Assembly (NCBI GenBank): GCA_965203465.1 | Contig: CBDBCR010000001.1 | Coordinates: 384,001-448,000, forward strand | Origin: Nitrosopumilaceae archaeon | GTDB lineage: Archaea; Thermoproteota; Nitrososphaeria; Nitrososphaerales; Nitrosopumilaceae | Direction: 5' to 3' | Length of the DNA: 64,000 nucleotides | Shown: positions 37,373 to 48,020 of the stretch, piece after piece | How positions within the stretch are numbered: the stretch's first letter is position 1 | How the letters are laid out: each line of letters starts with the position of its first letter | The notes under the pieces: generated by a model | Databases searched by the model: none | The model's input: only the letters and a program-made list of their open reading frames with translations | Told to the model about the DNA's origin: nothing | Made by a program: the position numbers and the translations under genes

Positions 37373-38524
37373 ATGGACAGATCCGGCCTCATGATAGGCG
37401 GGATATTCGGCGCCTCGGTGGCCGTGGTGGCGCTGACCGTGCTCATCATCCCGCCGTTCGAACTGCGCCCCGAGCCTGCGGGCGGCATAGTCGAGGCGCA
37501 GGCGCCGTCCCCCGCCCCCGCGCAGGCCCCCGCCGAGCCCTCGTACATCGACCTCTCGCTGGTGCGCATATTCGAAATATCCGAGCCGGGCGTGGTCCAG
37601 ATAGAGGTGCGCCGCCCGCCGCAGCTTGCGTCCCCCGGGGGCGGCGTGGGCTCTGGGTTCGTCTACGACACGCTCGGGCACGTCATAACAAACGCCCACG
37701 TGGTGCGCGCAGCCGAGCGCATATCGGTCACGTTCCTGGACGGGCGCTCTTACGAGGCGCAGCTGGTCGGCGCCGACGCGGACACCGACCTGGCGGTGCT
37801 GCGCGTCGAGGCCAGCAGGTCCGTGCTGCACCCCCTCACGGTGGCAAGCTCGTCGGGACTCAAGATAGGCGAGCCGGTGGCCGCCATCGGGAATCCGTTC
37901 GGGCTGTCCGGCTCGATGACATCGGGGATAGTGAGCCAGATGGGCAGGCTCCTGCCGCAGTCGTCGGGCTTTTCCATACCTGACGTCATACAGACCGACG
38001 CGGCGATAAACCCGGGCAACTCGGGCGGCCCGCTGCTCAACATGCAGGGCCACGTGGTGGGCATCAACACGGCCATCCAGTCCACTACGGGCGAGTTCAC
38101 CGGCATCGGGTTCGCCGTCCCGTCCGACACGCTCAGAAAGATAGCGCCCGTGCTGATAAGCGAGGGCGCCTACGAGCACCCGTGGATCGGGGTGCGCGGC
38201 GCGGACATCGGCCCAGAGTACGCCTCGGTGCTGGGCCTTGCCGACGCGCGCGGGTTCGTCATACTCGACGTGGTGCCCGGCAGCCCCGCATTCAAGGCGG
38301 GGCTGGAGGGGGCCTCCGAGACGGTCACGCGCGAGGGGCGCGAATTCCGGGTGGGCGGCGACATCATACTCTCGGTGGACGGCATGGACGTGCGCAAGAT
38401 AGACGACATACTGATACGCCTGCAGCGCGACAAGGAGGTCGGCGACACCATGACGCTGGGCGTGCTGCGCGACGGCAGGAGCGTCTCGATGGACGTGCTG
38501 CTAGAGGGCCGCCCGTCCCAGTGA
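37373..38524 (+). CDS. htrA: HtrA/DegP-like serine protease (trypsin + PDZ)
   Basis: GSGF, TNAHVV, DLAVL, QTDAAINPGNSGGPL, PDZ; N-terminal TM. Confidence 0.93.
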   Translation: MDRSGLMIGGIFGASVAVVALTVLIIPPFELRPEPAGGIVEAQAPSPAPAQAPAEPSYIDLSLVRIFEISEPGVVQIEVRRPPQLASPGGGVGSGFVYDTLGHVITNAHVVRAAERISVTFLDGRSYEAQLVGADADTDLAVLRVEASRSVLHPLTVASSSGLKIGEPVAAIGNPFGLSGSMTSGIVSQMGRLLPQSSGFSIPDVIQTDAAINPGNSGGPLLNMQGHVVGINTAIQSTTGEFTGIGFAVPSDTLRKIAPVLISEGAYEHPWIGVRGADIGPEYASVLGLADARGFVILDVVPGSPAFKAGLEGASETVTREGREFRVGGDIILSVDGMDVRKIDDILIRLQRDKEVGDTMTLGVLRDGRSVSMDVLLEGRPSQ

Positions 38525-39210
38525 GGGGCGGCCGGGAATTAGGCAGGGGCGGCCGTGCCCGTCCCCCGATTTGCAAGAGTGCGGATCTAGAGCACGAACA
38601 TTGCCGTTTCTCTTGGCGCCCGTAGCGTTTTGGCCTCGGTTGGCGGCCTATGCGAAACGTGGGCGTGCGTTGTTACGACTAGCGCGTTTCCAAGCACGCC
38701 CGCACATCCGGGGCTCGAGTTTGGCGCACGGCCCGCCTTCATCTCGCGCAGCGCCGATTCGAATTTCTGGCGCTTTCCGGGATTGGCTGCCGCGACGTCC
38801 CTCGCGCAGAACGCCTTCCAGCCCGCAGTTCGCACAGCCAGTGCTTTTTTTGGCTCCGACAAGCCTCTTCAGATCGCCGCGCAGATCTTTGCAGGCGTTT
38901 TTGCGGCCAGGATCCGTGCACTGCAACGACGCGCGGGCGGCAACCGGGGAGGCCGCGTCTATGGGGATGAACAAGCAGCCGATCTTGGAAGTTTCTTGAC
39001 GGCGGCAGGCGTCGCGGTTGTCCGTACAGGCGTGCGCGAAGCCGGATGAGGTTGCGGCGTCCGAAATCGCGGGTCGCCGCCTCGAGATTTGCCAAAGGCC
39101 GCCGGGACTCTTGACCTAGACCTGCTCCGGAACTAGATCCGTCCGGACAAGGCGTGATCTGGGCCGAACATCGTCCCGTGCGTCTCGGGCGTTGGCAGAC
39201 CGCCGTTCGA

Positions 39211-39572
39211 TCACAAGTCTGCGCGTGCGTCCGCAGACTCATTCCACAAGTTTATCACATTTCGCCCTCTCGGCATTCCGGCCCTTTCTCGGAATCTTGC
39301 TGTTTGGATCCCCTTGAACGCGGTACCGCCTACTCTTATGTCGATCAAGTATGTGGGTGAATGTATGGTGCCGACGATGCCGGCCATCCTGACCTTTCCA
39401 CCAATCTACAGATCCGGCGCGCTTGCGACGGACGGCGATATCATCGTTATCGAAGCGCCGGTGTCTGACGCCCATGCACTTTAAGGTCTTTGCGGAACGA
39501 CACGAAACCTCTACGTCCAAGACTGGGACGGCGGGACTGCCGGCTGTTTTTGTAATCGGCAACAAGTCTCAT
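39211..39572 (-). pseudogene. Decayed retropepsin-like (clan AA) aspartic protease
   Basis: DTGASITMI at 39451-39465, downstream G-x-x-G and GRN motifs; two frameshifts and an in-frame TAG. Confidence 0.65.
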
Positions 39573-39874
39573 TCCGGACACAAAACCGGAGTCACGATCG
39601 CGATGTCGACTGCTCCCGACGACCTGCCCACGTACATGGGCACGTTGCAGAATTTGTTGTACATGCGAGACGTAAGATCTGACTGGGAGCGATCGCGGCC
39701 TTGCAGCCGTCCGTGGACAAAAGCTACAAACTGGCCCTCGAATTCGGGGTTTGCCGAATTCAGGGACACCAAGGCCCAGCACGCGTCTTCGCTGTGCTTG
39801 TTTCAGGCGTGTTCGGCGTCGTATTCCGCACCGGGGTTGCCTGCGGGGGCGGCAGGCGCGGACGTCGAATTCAT
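39569..39874 (-). pseudogene. DUF5678-like gene with in-frame TGA
   Basis: FEGQFVAFVHGRLQGRD...L...MYNKF..VPMYVG; TGA at 39803-39805; ATGA-coupled to the protease. Confidence 0.55.
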
Positions 39875-40006
39875 TCCGGCCTGCAATCCTAGCATGCGTA
39901 TTTAGTCCCAAAGCGGCGCGCGGCGGAAGACCTGAGGCCGGATCGGGGCCGGCCCGCCCGACCCTTGTTCGGCAATACTTTAAAGCAAAACTCGGCCAAG
40001 ACGGCC

Positions 40007-43000
40007 ATGATGATGTGGTCTGCATGCGCGGCGCTCGCCCTGCTCTGCGCGGCCCCCGCGTGGGCCGAGGTGGTCATCAACGAGATAGAGACCAACCCGC
40101 CGGGCAACGACTCGCGGGGGGCGCTCGAGTGGGTGGAGCTGTACAACTCCGGCGAGGCGGGGGCCGACATCGGCGGCTGGCAGATATCGTCGTCTTCGGG
40201 CGAGGCGTTCGTGCTGCCCGACGGCGCGTTCATAGGCCCGGGGGAATACGCCGCGTTCTCGCACGGGCCGCTCTGGTTCGCAAACAGGGGCGACGCGGCG
40301 CGGCTGCTCGACGCGGCCGGGCTGGAGGTGGATTCCACGCCGCAGGTGGCCGACGTGGGCAACGACGAACTGACCTGGCAGCGCGCTCGCGACGGCGTCG
40401 ACACCGGCTCGCCCGACGACTGGAAGCCGGGCAAGCCCACGTGGGGATCGAGCAACGAGGGCCCCATCCCCGTGCCGCGCAGCGTCCCCACGGGCGTCTC
40501 GGTCGACGCGGGCGGCCCGTACGTCTCGGGGCAACCCGTGACCATATCGGGTTCGGTCTCGGCGCCGGCCCACGCGGAGCGCCACCGCGGCGTGCAGCTG
40601 CCCGTCGAATTCGCCATCGAGCCGTCAGAGTACCGGACGGCGCGCTATCCGGACGCGGCGCTGGGCTTTTCCTTCGAGGTGCCCACCGGCGGCGTGCTCG
40701 GCCTGGCGCCGGGGCGGTACACCGTGACTGCCAGCTACGCGGGCGCCTCGGCCGAATCCGCGTTCGAGGTGGTCGCCCCGCCGGCCGAATCCGACCGCGG
40801 GCCGGAGCAGTCCCTGTCGCTGTCCGTCGAGCCGGGCCCGTACCTGAGGGGCCAGACCGTGGAGGTGCGCGCCTCGGCGGCCTACGAGGTGCCGCTGGAG
40901 GGCCTGCGGATATCTGTGCTCGACCCCGACGGCCTACAGGTGGAGAGCGGCGCGCTCTTTCCGGACGGCGACGGCCGGTTCTCGACCTCCTACACGGTCA
41001 ACCCCGTTTCGGCAAAGTACGGCGACTATTCCGTGCTCGCCTCGTACGGCGGCGCGCGGGCCTCGGCAGGCTACGAGGTGGCGCCCGACGCGCGCCCCGC
41101 GGGCCTCACGATGGACCTTTCGGCGGACGCGTACGAGCCCGGGCAGACGGTGCTGGTGTACGGAAGCTCGTCAAAGTGGGTGCCGTCCCTAGACGTGCGG
41201 GTGGCCAGCTTGGTAGGCGGCGACACCGGCCACCTCAACAGATCCGATTCGATGCGCCTTGCCGGCGACGGATCGTTTTCGTACGAGCTTGCCATACCCG
41301 CGTGGTTCAAAGACTACGGCAAGCACCTAGTGACAGTCTCGGGCAGCGTGGGGCGGGCCTCGCACGAGTTCGCCGTGGCCGAGGACGCCTCCTCGTACGA
41401 GGCCCCGCTGGACAGGTTCGTCATGGATGCCGACCGCGGCTCTTACGCGCCGGGCCAAAGGATGGTCCTTGCGGGCAACGTCGGGGATCTAAAGCCGGGC
41501 AGGGACCGCTCTGTCTCGGTGGACTTTTTCGGGCCTTCCGGGCAGGTGATAATCGAGGGCAGGGACGGGGCCTCGACTGTGCCGGTGGCGAGCCGCCTCG
41601 CCGCGCTGCCCTCGCCGTCGGGCGAGTTCTCAGTCCCCTACGAGCTCAACCCCGTCCTGTTCCCGCCCGGCCAGTACGTGGCGCGCGCCCAGTACGGCGG
41701 CGGCTTCGCGGCGGCCGCCTTCGAGGTGGAGCGTCCCGGCCCGGTGCGCGCCCTGTCGGCGTCGCTGGACAAGGACGCCTACGGGCTGGGCGAGACAGTC
41801 GTCCTGTCGGGCGCGTCGCCCGACGCCGACGACTCGGCCGTCATAACGCTGTACAAGCCAGACGGCGGCGTCGAGAGGCACGGTGCCTACATCGATTCGG
41901 GCGAATTCGAATGGTCGTGGCAGGCGCCCCCTTCGGAGATCACGCGCCTGGGCCCGCGCTCCGAGGATCTGAGCAACTTGGGCTCCCACCGGCTCAACGT
42001 GGCGGTCGGCGGAGCGGCGCTCGATCTGCGGTTTTCGGTCTCGGATGAGCCGGGCCGGCCCGCGCCCGAGGGCCTGACGGTCTCTGCCGGCTCCGGCCTG
42101 CAGCTGCCCGGATCCGATCTGGAAGTCTCCGGCACGGCCCGCGCCGGCGGAGTCTCGCCTGTCCTCATAGAGGTGGTCCCGTACGGCTCGGCGCAGGCGA
42201 TCCTTTCGGCCAGGGCGCACCCGAGCCCCGGCGGCCTGTACTCGGCATCGTTCCCGCTGCTGGCCTCGCTCTTCCCAGACGGCTCGTACGCGGTGCGCGC
42301 GGTCCACGACGGGCAGCGCGCCGTCGACACGTTCGACGTGGGAATGTCCGAGCCGCTGTCGGTGACGATGGCGCGCGACGAATACTCGCCCGGCGAGCTG
42401 GCCGTGGCGCGCGTCTCGGTGCCCGACGCGGAAAGAAACTACAGCGTGGGCGTGATACGCCAGTCCGGAACGGAGCAGGCGTGTGGGCCGTCGGTGTGCG
42501 GCGAGTACGATTTGCCCGTCGCCTCGGCCACCGCGTCGGGCTCGTTTTCCTACGCGTACCGGGTGCCGCCCGGCGCCGGCGGCCCCCACGAGCTGACCGT
42601 CTGGTCGGGGCCGCACGAAGCGCACGCGCTCTTCGAGGTCGGGCAGTCCGAGCGGCGCCAAGAGTCGCGCTCGCGCATACACGACGATTCGGCCGCAGTC
42701 GACGTGAAAGAGGGCGCGCTGTCCATCTCGGGCTCGCTGATCGCGCGCGCGTCCGATTCGGATTTGGTGCGGCTGCGCCTCGAGGCACCGGGCGGCGCGT
42801 GCATCATCGGCCCGTCGCCAGAGTGCGCGCAGTCGGGCCCGACGCGCACGCCGTATTCCGAGGCGCGCGCCTTCGAGCTTGACGGCCAGCAGTACTGGCT
42901 TTCGTACTCGGGGCCCGGGGAGCGCGCCGAGCTGTTCGAGCTGGGCGCGTTCGGCCATCTTCCAGCCGGCCAGTACGCCCTTTCCGTGCAAAAGGATGGG

Positions 43001-43042
43001 CAGCAGTCTAGCCTGTACTACCGCGTCTCTTACGGGCAATGA
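40007..43042 (+). CDS. Large secreted protein: lamin-tail domain plus multiple Ig-like repeats
   Basis: Signal peptide, VVINEIETNPPG.D...EWVELYN, repeated D..Y..G(Q/E)TV...G modules. Confidence 0.82.
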   Translation: MMMWSACAALALLCAAPAWAEVVINEIETNPPGNDSRGALEWVELYNSGEAGADIGGWQISSSSGEAFVLPDGAFIGPGEYAAFSHGPLWFANRGDAARLLDAAGLEVDSTPQVADVGNDELTWQRARDGVDTGSPDDWKPGKPTWGSSNEGPIPVPRSVPTGVSVDAGGPYVSGQPVTISGSVSAPAHAERHRGVQLPVEFAIEPSEYRTARYPDAALGFSFEVPTGGVLGLAPGRYTVTASYAGASAESAFEVVAPPAESDRGPEQSLSLSVEPGPYLRGQTVEVRASAAYEVPLEGLRISVLDPDGLQVESGALFPDGDGRFSTSYTVNPVSAKYGDYSVLASYGGARASAGYEVAPDARPAGLTMDLSADAYEPGQTVLVYGSSSKWVPSLDVRVASLVGGDTGHLNRSDSMRLAGDGSFSYELAIPAWFKDYGKHLVTVSGSVGRASHEFAVAEDASSYEAPLDRFVMDADRGSYAPGQRMVLAGNVGDLKPGRDRSVSVDFFGPSGQVIIEGRDGASTVPVASRLAALPSPSGEFSVPYELNPVLFPPGQYVARAQYGGGFAAAAFEVERPGPVRALSASLDKDAYGLGETVVLSGASPDADDSAVITLYKPDGGVERHGAYIDSGEFEWSWQAPPSEITRLGPRSEDLSNLGSHRLNVAVGGAALDLRFSVSDEPGRPAPEGLTVSAGSGLQLPGSDLEVSGTARAGGVSPVLIEVVPYGSAQAILSARAHPSPGGLYSASFPLLASLFPDGSYAVRAVHDGQRAVDTFDVGMSEPLSVTMARDEYSPGELAVARVSVPDAERNYSVGVIRQSGTEQACGPSVCGEYDLPVASATASGSFSYAYRVPPGAGGPHELTVWSGPHEAHALFEVGQSERRQESRSRIHDDSAAVDVKEGALSISGSLIARASDSDLVRLRLEAPGGACIIGPSPECAQSGPTRTPYSEARAFELDGQQYWLSYSGPGERAELFELGAFGHLPAGQYALSVQKDGQQSSLYYRVSYGQ

Positions 43043-45428
43043 GCAGCAGCGCGGCAAGGGCCGCGGCCGCCGCCGCGTACGGCCACCACGCGTCCGGGCC
43101 ATCGCGCGCGGGCTCTTCTGCGGCCTCGACGCTCGGGGGCGGCTCGGACCACACGGCCAAGCCCGTCTCGTAATAGTCGGGCCTGTGCACCTGGTCAGAG
43201 TACGCAAAGAGGCGCAGCTGCCGCGCCCCGTCGGGCCCCGACACCTCGAACGACGACGAGCCGCCAGAGGCGTCGAGCACGCCCGATTCGGCGCCGCCGG
43301 GCCCGCGCACAAAGTAGAGCAGCTTTGTGGCCCCGTCGGTGCCCACCTCGACCGAAACGGGGGCCGGCGCGACGGCCGGCGCATCCACCGAAGTTATGGA
43401 CGGCAGCGCGGGCCCTTCCATCCACGACCACCGCCCGCGCTCGAGCGGGTAGGACGGGTCCTCGAAGGCTGACAGGCGCACCGTGCGCGCCTCGGGCGAG
43501 TACGATTCGAGCTCGAACGGCCCGTCGCTGATGACGGCGTGGCCGCGCTGGCGTATCCACTCGGCCGCCGCCAGGTACCGCTCGGCCGCCTGCCCGGCAT
43601 CTACCATGCCGGACAGGGCCGGGGGCACGTGGCCGTCCGCCTCGAACTCTTCGAGCGCCGAGAGCACCTTCTGCGCGTCGCTAGGCACCAGCAGCGAGAG
43701 CCAGCTGGCCGAGCGCTCGCTCGCCGCCGACCTCGAAAAGGCGGCGCCCCCGTCCAGGACCACCTTCTCCATGGCGGCGTACACCTCCCAGGGCATGCCG
43801 CCGCCCGGCGCGGCCCAGGCGGCTATCTCGCCCTCGTCAAAGTGCCAATAGTCAACGTACACCTCGATGCCGCCCTCGGTTGGCCTGACCCCGGCCACCG
43901 AGGCGGCCACTTGGCCGGCCTGCGCGGTGTACTCTGGGTCCACGGTGCGGTCGCCTTGGCCCGCGTCGGTCCCCCACTCTTGGACAAAGTACGCGGCGTG
44001 CATCAGGTCGGCTGTGCCGGCTTTCTTGCCGTGGTGCCAGTTGCCCGGAAGCACCCGGTATTCGACCGCGCTGACCGCCTCTTTCCCGGACACGTCTGCC
44101 CACGCGCCCGCCTCCGGATCCCACGCGACCGCGCCGGGCGGCATGGCCAGCTTTCCGAGCGGGCCGGCGGTCCTGACGTCCCACTGGGCGCGCACCGGCA
44201 TGACCAGGCCCGTGTACGGGTGCCGGAAGACCGAGGGATCCGAGACGGCCCCCCAGATCTGCGTGCTGTACACGTCCGAGAGGCCCATGACGGGGTTCCA
44301 CGCCCCCTGGTACACCTGCTTTACCCCGATGTCGAGCACGCCGTCGGGGGCGCGCGCGTTTATCGGCGTGAAGCGCGTGGGCACGCCGGCGCCAAAGTCG
44401 TTGATTATCCCCGAGACCGATTCGTTTGCGACGTACTGGTCTATCTTGGCCGCCAGGAATATGCGGACGGCCTCGCGCGCGCCGGCGCCGGCCGCCTCGG
44501 ACACCAGCGCGTCGCGCTCGCCGGCCGACGCAAAGTCGCCCGAGTATATCCTGCGCGTCAGCTCGTCGATCTCCACGTTTTCGTAGTTCCAGTAGCCGGG
44601 GCTGTTGAAGCCGGGCATGTTGGAGAACCACGGCGCGTACATCTGGGCGAGGCCCGTCTGGTCGTAGCGCACGAACGCCGAGCGGCCGCCCCACCCCTCG
44701 GTGTACGCGTGCCACCTGTGCTCGGCAGGATCCGAGCCGTACACGACCACGAACGCCTTGTTGAGGTCGCCGAACTGGCGCTTTACCGCAAAGCCCGAGC
44801 CCTCCAGGGCCGAGGCCAGCGTCTCGCCTATCGACCTGCGCACCGGATCGTCGCTCCTTATGAACACCGAAAGCTCCACCGGCTCGCCGCCGTGGTGCCA
44901 GGCGCCCCCGGACATGACCGCGCCCATCCCTTCCATGTATTTCGATATTATTCCGCGCGCCCGGCCCGGATCGTACGAGACGCCGAGCCCCTCTATTTCG
45001 GCCAGCACCGCAGGATAGTCGGGATCGAAGGGCCCGTAGTTAGACACCATGGGCACGCCGTAGCCGCCCATCAGCTCGTTGACTATCAGGTCGCGGTCGA
45101 GCATGTAGTTTACCGCGAACCGAACCTCCCTCGACGCGAACGGGTTGAGTTTTTCGGATTCTGCGGGGTTTAGCAGTATGTCGTAAGAGCCGCCGGTCGA
45201 TTCGTGCACCTGCAGGCCCTCGCGCGCGCCCGCCCCCTGCAGGCGGTCCGACGGCATCCTGTAGTAGTAGATGTCCAAGTTGCCGGAGCGCACCTCCTCT
45301 AGCGCGGTGCTCTCGTCTGCGTACTGCACGAACCGCACGCCGTCAGAATAGGCGCCCGAGCCGTGCGCCGCGCCGGCGGCCGACGCGGCGGCCAGTAGCG
45401 CGCACAGTTGCAGCGCGAGCCGTGCCAA
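43008..45428 (-). CDS. ABC transporter substrate-binding protein (family 5), C-terminally anchored
   Basis: NPF..REVRFAVNY.LDR, YDP..A, SDGPF.L..Y; signal peptide and C-terminal TM plus basic tail. Confidence 0.87.
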   Translation of the reverse strand: MARLALQLCALLAAASAAGAAHGSGAYSDGVRFVQYADESTALEEVRSGNLDIYYYRMPSDRLQGAGAREGLQVHESTGGSYDILLNPAESEKLNPFASREVRFAVNYMLDRDLIVNELMGGYGVPMVSNYGPFDPDYPAVLAEIEGLGVSYDPGRARGIISKYMEGMGAVMSGGAWHHGGEPVELSVFIRSDDPVRRSIGETLASALEGSGFAVKRQFGDLNKAFVVVYGSDPAEHRWHAYTEGWGGRSAFVRYDQTGLAQMYAPWFSNMPGFNSPGYWNYENVEIDELTRRIYSGDFASAGERDALVSEAAGAGAREAVRIFLAAKIDQYVANESVSGIINDFGAGVPTRFTPINARAPDGVLDIGVKQVYQGAWNPVMGLSDVYSTQIWGAVSDPSVFRHPYTGLVMPVRAQWDVRTAGPLGKLAMPPGAVAWDPEAGAWADVSGKEAVSAVEYRVLPGNWHHGKKAGTADLMHAAYFVQEWGTDAGQGDRTVDPEYTAQAGQVAASVAGVRPTEGGIEVYVDYWHFDEGEIAAWAAPGGGMPWEVYAAMEKVVLDGGAAFSRSAASERSASWLSLLVPSDAQKVLSALEEFEADGHVPPALSGMVDAGQAAERYLAAAEWIRQRGHAVISDGPFELESYSPEARTVRLSAFEDPSYPLERGRWSWMEGPALPSITSVDAPAVAPAPVSVEVGTDGATKLLYFVRGPGGAESGVLDASGGSSSFEVSGPDGARQLRLFAYSDQVHRPDYYETGLAVWSEPPPSVEAAEEPARDGPDAWWPYAAAAAALAALLLIARKRRGSTG

Positions 45429-45486
45429 CCACCGCGCGCCCGCGCCGCCTGTTATAGTTTAAACCCCCGCCCCGCGCGCCCCGCGC

Positions 45487-46113
45487 GTGGATCTGTCCTG
45501 CCTGCGCGCCATCTCCCCGGGCCTCACGACGGCCGCGCGGTTCGCCTCGCTGTGCGGCGCCGGCCTGGACGCGGCGCGCGCGGACTTGAAGTTCTTGGAG
45601 GGGGCGGGGATAGGCGAGCGCGCCCCCGGCGGGCACCGCTTCGCCGAGGGCGACCGGCTCTCGGCGGCCCTGCTGCTGCTCGAGCTGGGCGAGCCGGCGG
45701 GGCCGGTCTCTGCCGAGCTGGACTGGAGGTCGTTCGAGGGGCTGGCAGCCCGCATACTCGAATCGCGCGGCTACCTGACCGAGCGCAACCTGGTGCTGCG
45801 CGCCCCTAGGGCCGAGATAGACGTGGCCGCGCGGGCCGGCGGCCTCGCGCTGCTCGTAGACTGCAAGCACTGGATGCGCCTCGCCCCCTCGCAGGCGCGC
45901 CGGGCCGCGCGGATGCAGGCGCGCCGGGCGGCACGGTACGCGCGCGCCCGCGCCGTGCAGGCGGTGCCGGCCGTGGTGGCCCTCGAGCCGGATTCAAAGT
46001 TCGAAGGCGGGGTGCCCATCGTGCCCGTGGCGCAGCTGGGTGAATTCGCCGACCAGCTGCCCGGCAGGCTCGACGAGGTGCTCTGCTTCTCACCAGACCA
46101 GGACGGCGGCTAA
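45487..46113 (+). CDS. PD-(D/E)xK restriction-endonuclease-like protein (Mrr/NERD-like)
   Basis: LDWRSFEGLAARILE..GY, EIDV, VDCKHW. Confidence 0.75.
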   Translation: MDLSCLRAISPGLTTAARFASLCGAGLDAARADLKFLEGAGIGERAPGGHRFAEGDRLSAALLLLELGEPAGPVSAELDWRSFEGLAARILESRGYLTERNLVLRAPRAEIDVAARAGGLALLVDCKHWMRLAPSQARRAARMQARRAARYARARAVQAVPAVVALEPDSKFEGGVPIVPVAQLGEFADQLPGRLDEVLCFSPDQDGG

Positions 46114-47826
46114 CAGCACGGCAAAGCCTGCCGAGGCGAATATCTTCGTTATGCGTAGCGAGTTGTCCATGGCCGCCTTGAAGTCGGCGAATATCTTGGG
46201 GCCCATTATCTTGGTCTTCGATACGTTTTCGAGCACCTCGAAACTGCCGCGCGCCGCGCGCGTCACGGCGCTGCCTGCAAGCTCGAGGTACCACTCGGAT
46301 ATGTCCGACGGCTTTGACATTATGCCGAACTGGTAGTAGCCGTTCTTGTTCCTGACGCGCACGCGCGAAAAGTGCGTGTCCGACGTGAACATCTCGAGCA
46401 TGCGCAGCCCGCGCGCCCTGAAGGCTTCGGCGACGGCCTCGCGCACGCCGTTCTCCATGTTGTTGGCGTCGGCCCACCCGAAAAAGTAGTCCGCGCCGCC
46501 CACCTTCAGGCACAGCACCCCGATGCCGCCGTCGGCGAGGTCGGGCGCGCCGAAGCGCGAGCCGGGGTGGCCCGCGTAGCCGAACTCGAAGGGCAGGCTC
46601 TCCTTTCCGACCAGCTCGTCGAGGCACGACTTTGCGGCCCTGAGCATGTCGCGCATGTCCGGCTCGGATATCTCCTCGCCCATGGCGTTGTGGCAGTCGG
46701 CCACCATCACCTGCTCGAAGCCCCTGCTCTTGGCGAACGCCTCGATGTCGGTCCTCACCTGGTTGGGCAGGTCCTCCATGCCTTCGGGCGAGAGAGAGAG
46801 GAGCAGGAGGGGGCTGCGCCCGAAGAGCACGCCGGTGGCCCTCGCCCTGTTGACCTGCACCACGACCGGCTCGGTGCACGTCTTGCCGCCGAGCACGCCG
46901 GCCGGCTCGGCGCGCAGGCCGTCGAGGTACTTTTCGACCTGCTCCTGCGAGGGCAGGTTGAGCGAGTGGTCCGATATGCTGTGCATGACCATGGCCGACG
47001 AGCCGAGCGCCTCGTAGATGCGGTAAGAGACGTTGCTGCCGCCTATGGGGTGGTAGGGGCCGGGGTGTATCTCGGGCAGCACCATGCGCACGTCGGCGCC
47101 GCCCGAGCGGAGCCGAACCTGGCGCGTCCTTACGGTGGACGGGCTGGACCTGCTCTCGATTATAGATTCTATGTCGCCGTGGCTCTTTTTCTGCGAGGAC
47201 AGGTACACCTGTATCAGCTCGTGCGTGCTCTGCACGCTGGGCCTGCCGGCAGCGTCGGTCATCTTTGACCACGCCGAGGCCATCACCACCAGTATGCCGC
47301 CGACGGCTAGCGGGATCGGCTCGAGCAGCGCGCCCCAGCTGTGGTTGGGCACGATGCACAGAAAGAGCGGCAGCGGCTGGAGCAGGCATATGGCCCAGGC
47401 CTTCCTGAGGCTGGCGCCCAGCACTGTCGTGTAGATGCCGATGCGGAACGCCACGAACAGGAACATCCCGGTGGCCACGTGCATGGCCGAGGGCTCCGGC
47501 CTGCCGGCCACCTGCGCGGCCAGCACGGCCGCCGAGGCGGCCGCCAGCCATATCAGGTTGCCGAACAGGGACATGTGCACGGCCTTTGAGTATTCGCGGT
47601 TGCGCACCAGCCTCGAGTCCGCCGCCTGCGTGGCCAGGAGCACCGGCACCGAGAGGGCCAGCGCCGCGGCGTAGCCGCCCATGCCGTACCAGAACGCTGC
47701 CACCGCCGCGGTGGCAGCCACCGCGGCCATCGAAAAGACCAGCGAGTGGTACTGGGAGGACGGGTTGAGAAGCGTGAGGGTGTACCTCTTGTGTATTCCG
47801 GAGACGTTTTCGGACGAGCCGCCCAT
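46090..47826 (-). CDS. DUF2070 family membrane protein
   Basis: N-terminal TMs, IHPGP, H...H..N, DCHN, DANN, TSDTH. Confidence 0.85.
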   Translation of the reverse strand: MGGSSENVSGIHKRYTLTLLNPSSQYHSLVFSMAAVAATAAVAAFWYGMGGYAAALALSVPVLLATQAADSRLVRNREYSKAVHMSLFGNLIWLAAASAAVLAAQVAGRPEPSAMHVATGMFLFVAFRIGIYTTVLGASLRKAWAICLLQPLPLFLCIVPNHSWGALLEPIPLAVGGILVVMASAWSKMTDAAGRPSVQSTHELIQVYLSSQKKSHGDIESIIESRSSPSTVRTRQVRLRSGGADVRMVLPEIHPGPYHPIGGSNVSYRIYEALGSSAMVMHSISDHSLNLPSQEQVEKYLDGLRAEPAGVLGGKTCTEPVVVQVNRARATGVLFGRSPLLLLSLSPEGMEDLPNQVRTDIEAFAKSRGFEQVMVADCHNAMGEEISEPDMRDMLRAAKSCLDELVGKESLPFEFGYAGHPGSRFGAPDLADGGIGVLCLKVGGADYFFGWADANNMENGVREAVAEAFRARGLRMLEMFTSDTHFSRVRVRNKNGYYQFGIMSKPSDISEWYLELAGSAVTRAARGSFEVLENVSKTKIMGPKIFADFKAAMDNSLRITKIFASAGFAVLLAAVLVW

Positions 47827-47832
47827 TTCAGG

Positions 47833-47994
47833 TCACGCCAGCAGCAACTCGATGGCCCAAGACACGGCTATCAGGCCTATGGGCATGCTCACGACGATGC
47901 GGGGATCCACCTTGAACCCTTTGGTTTCGTCCTCGAAGAACCTCAGCAGGCCCGCGCTAGAGGCCGGCAACGGGGCACCCTTCTTGTCCGCCAT
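47833..47994 (-). CDS. secG: Preprotein translocase Sec61beta/SecG
   Basis: SSAGLLRFFEDETKGFKVDP plus TM. Confidence 0.92.
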   Translation of the reverse strand: MADKKGAPLPASSAGLLRFFEDETKGFKVDPRIVVSMPIGLIAVSWAIELLLA

Positions 47995-48020
47995 GGGGCG
48001 GGGCGCCCTGGGCCGTTTAC

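Noticed and set aside
38525-39210. ORFs of 90-170 aa after htrA
   Set aside because: Atypical codon use and no recognisable motifs; probably eroded DNA
39803-39805. Selenocysteine or recoded TGA
   Set aside because: The neighbouring gene is clearly decayed; a simple nonsense mutation is more likely
45487-46113. Cognate endonuclease for the Dam methylase
   Set aside because: Lies 9 kb away in core-gene context and does not look DpnII-like
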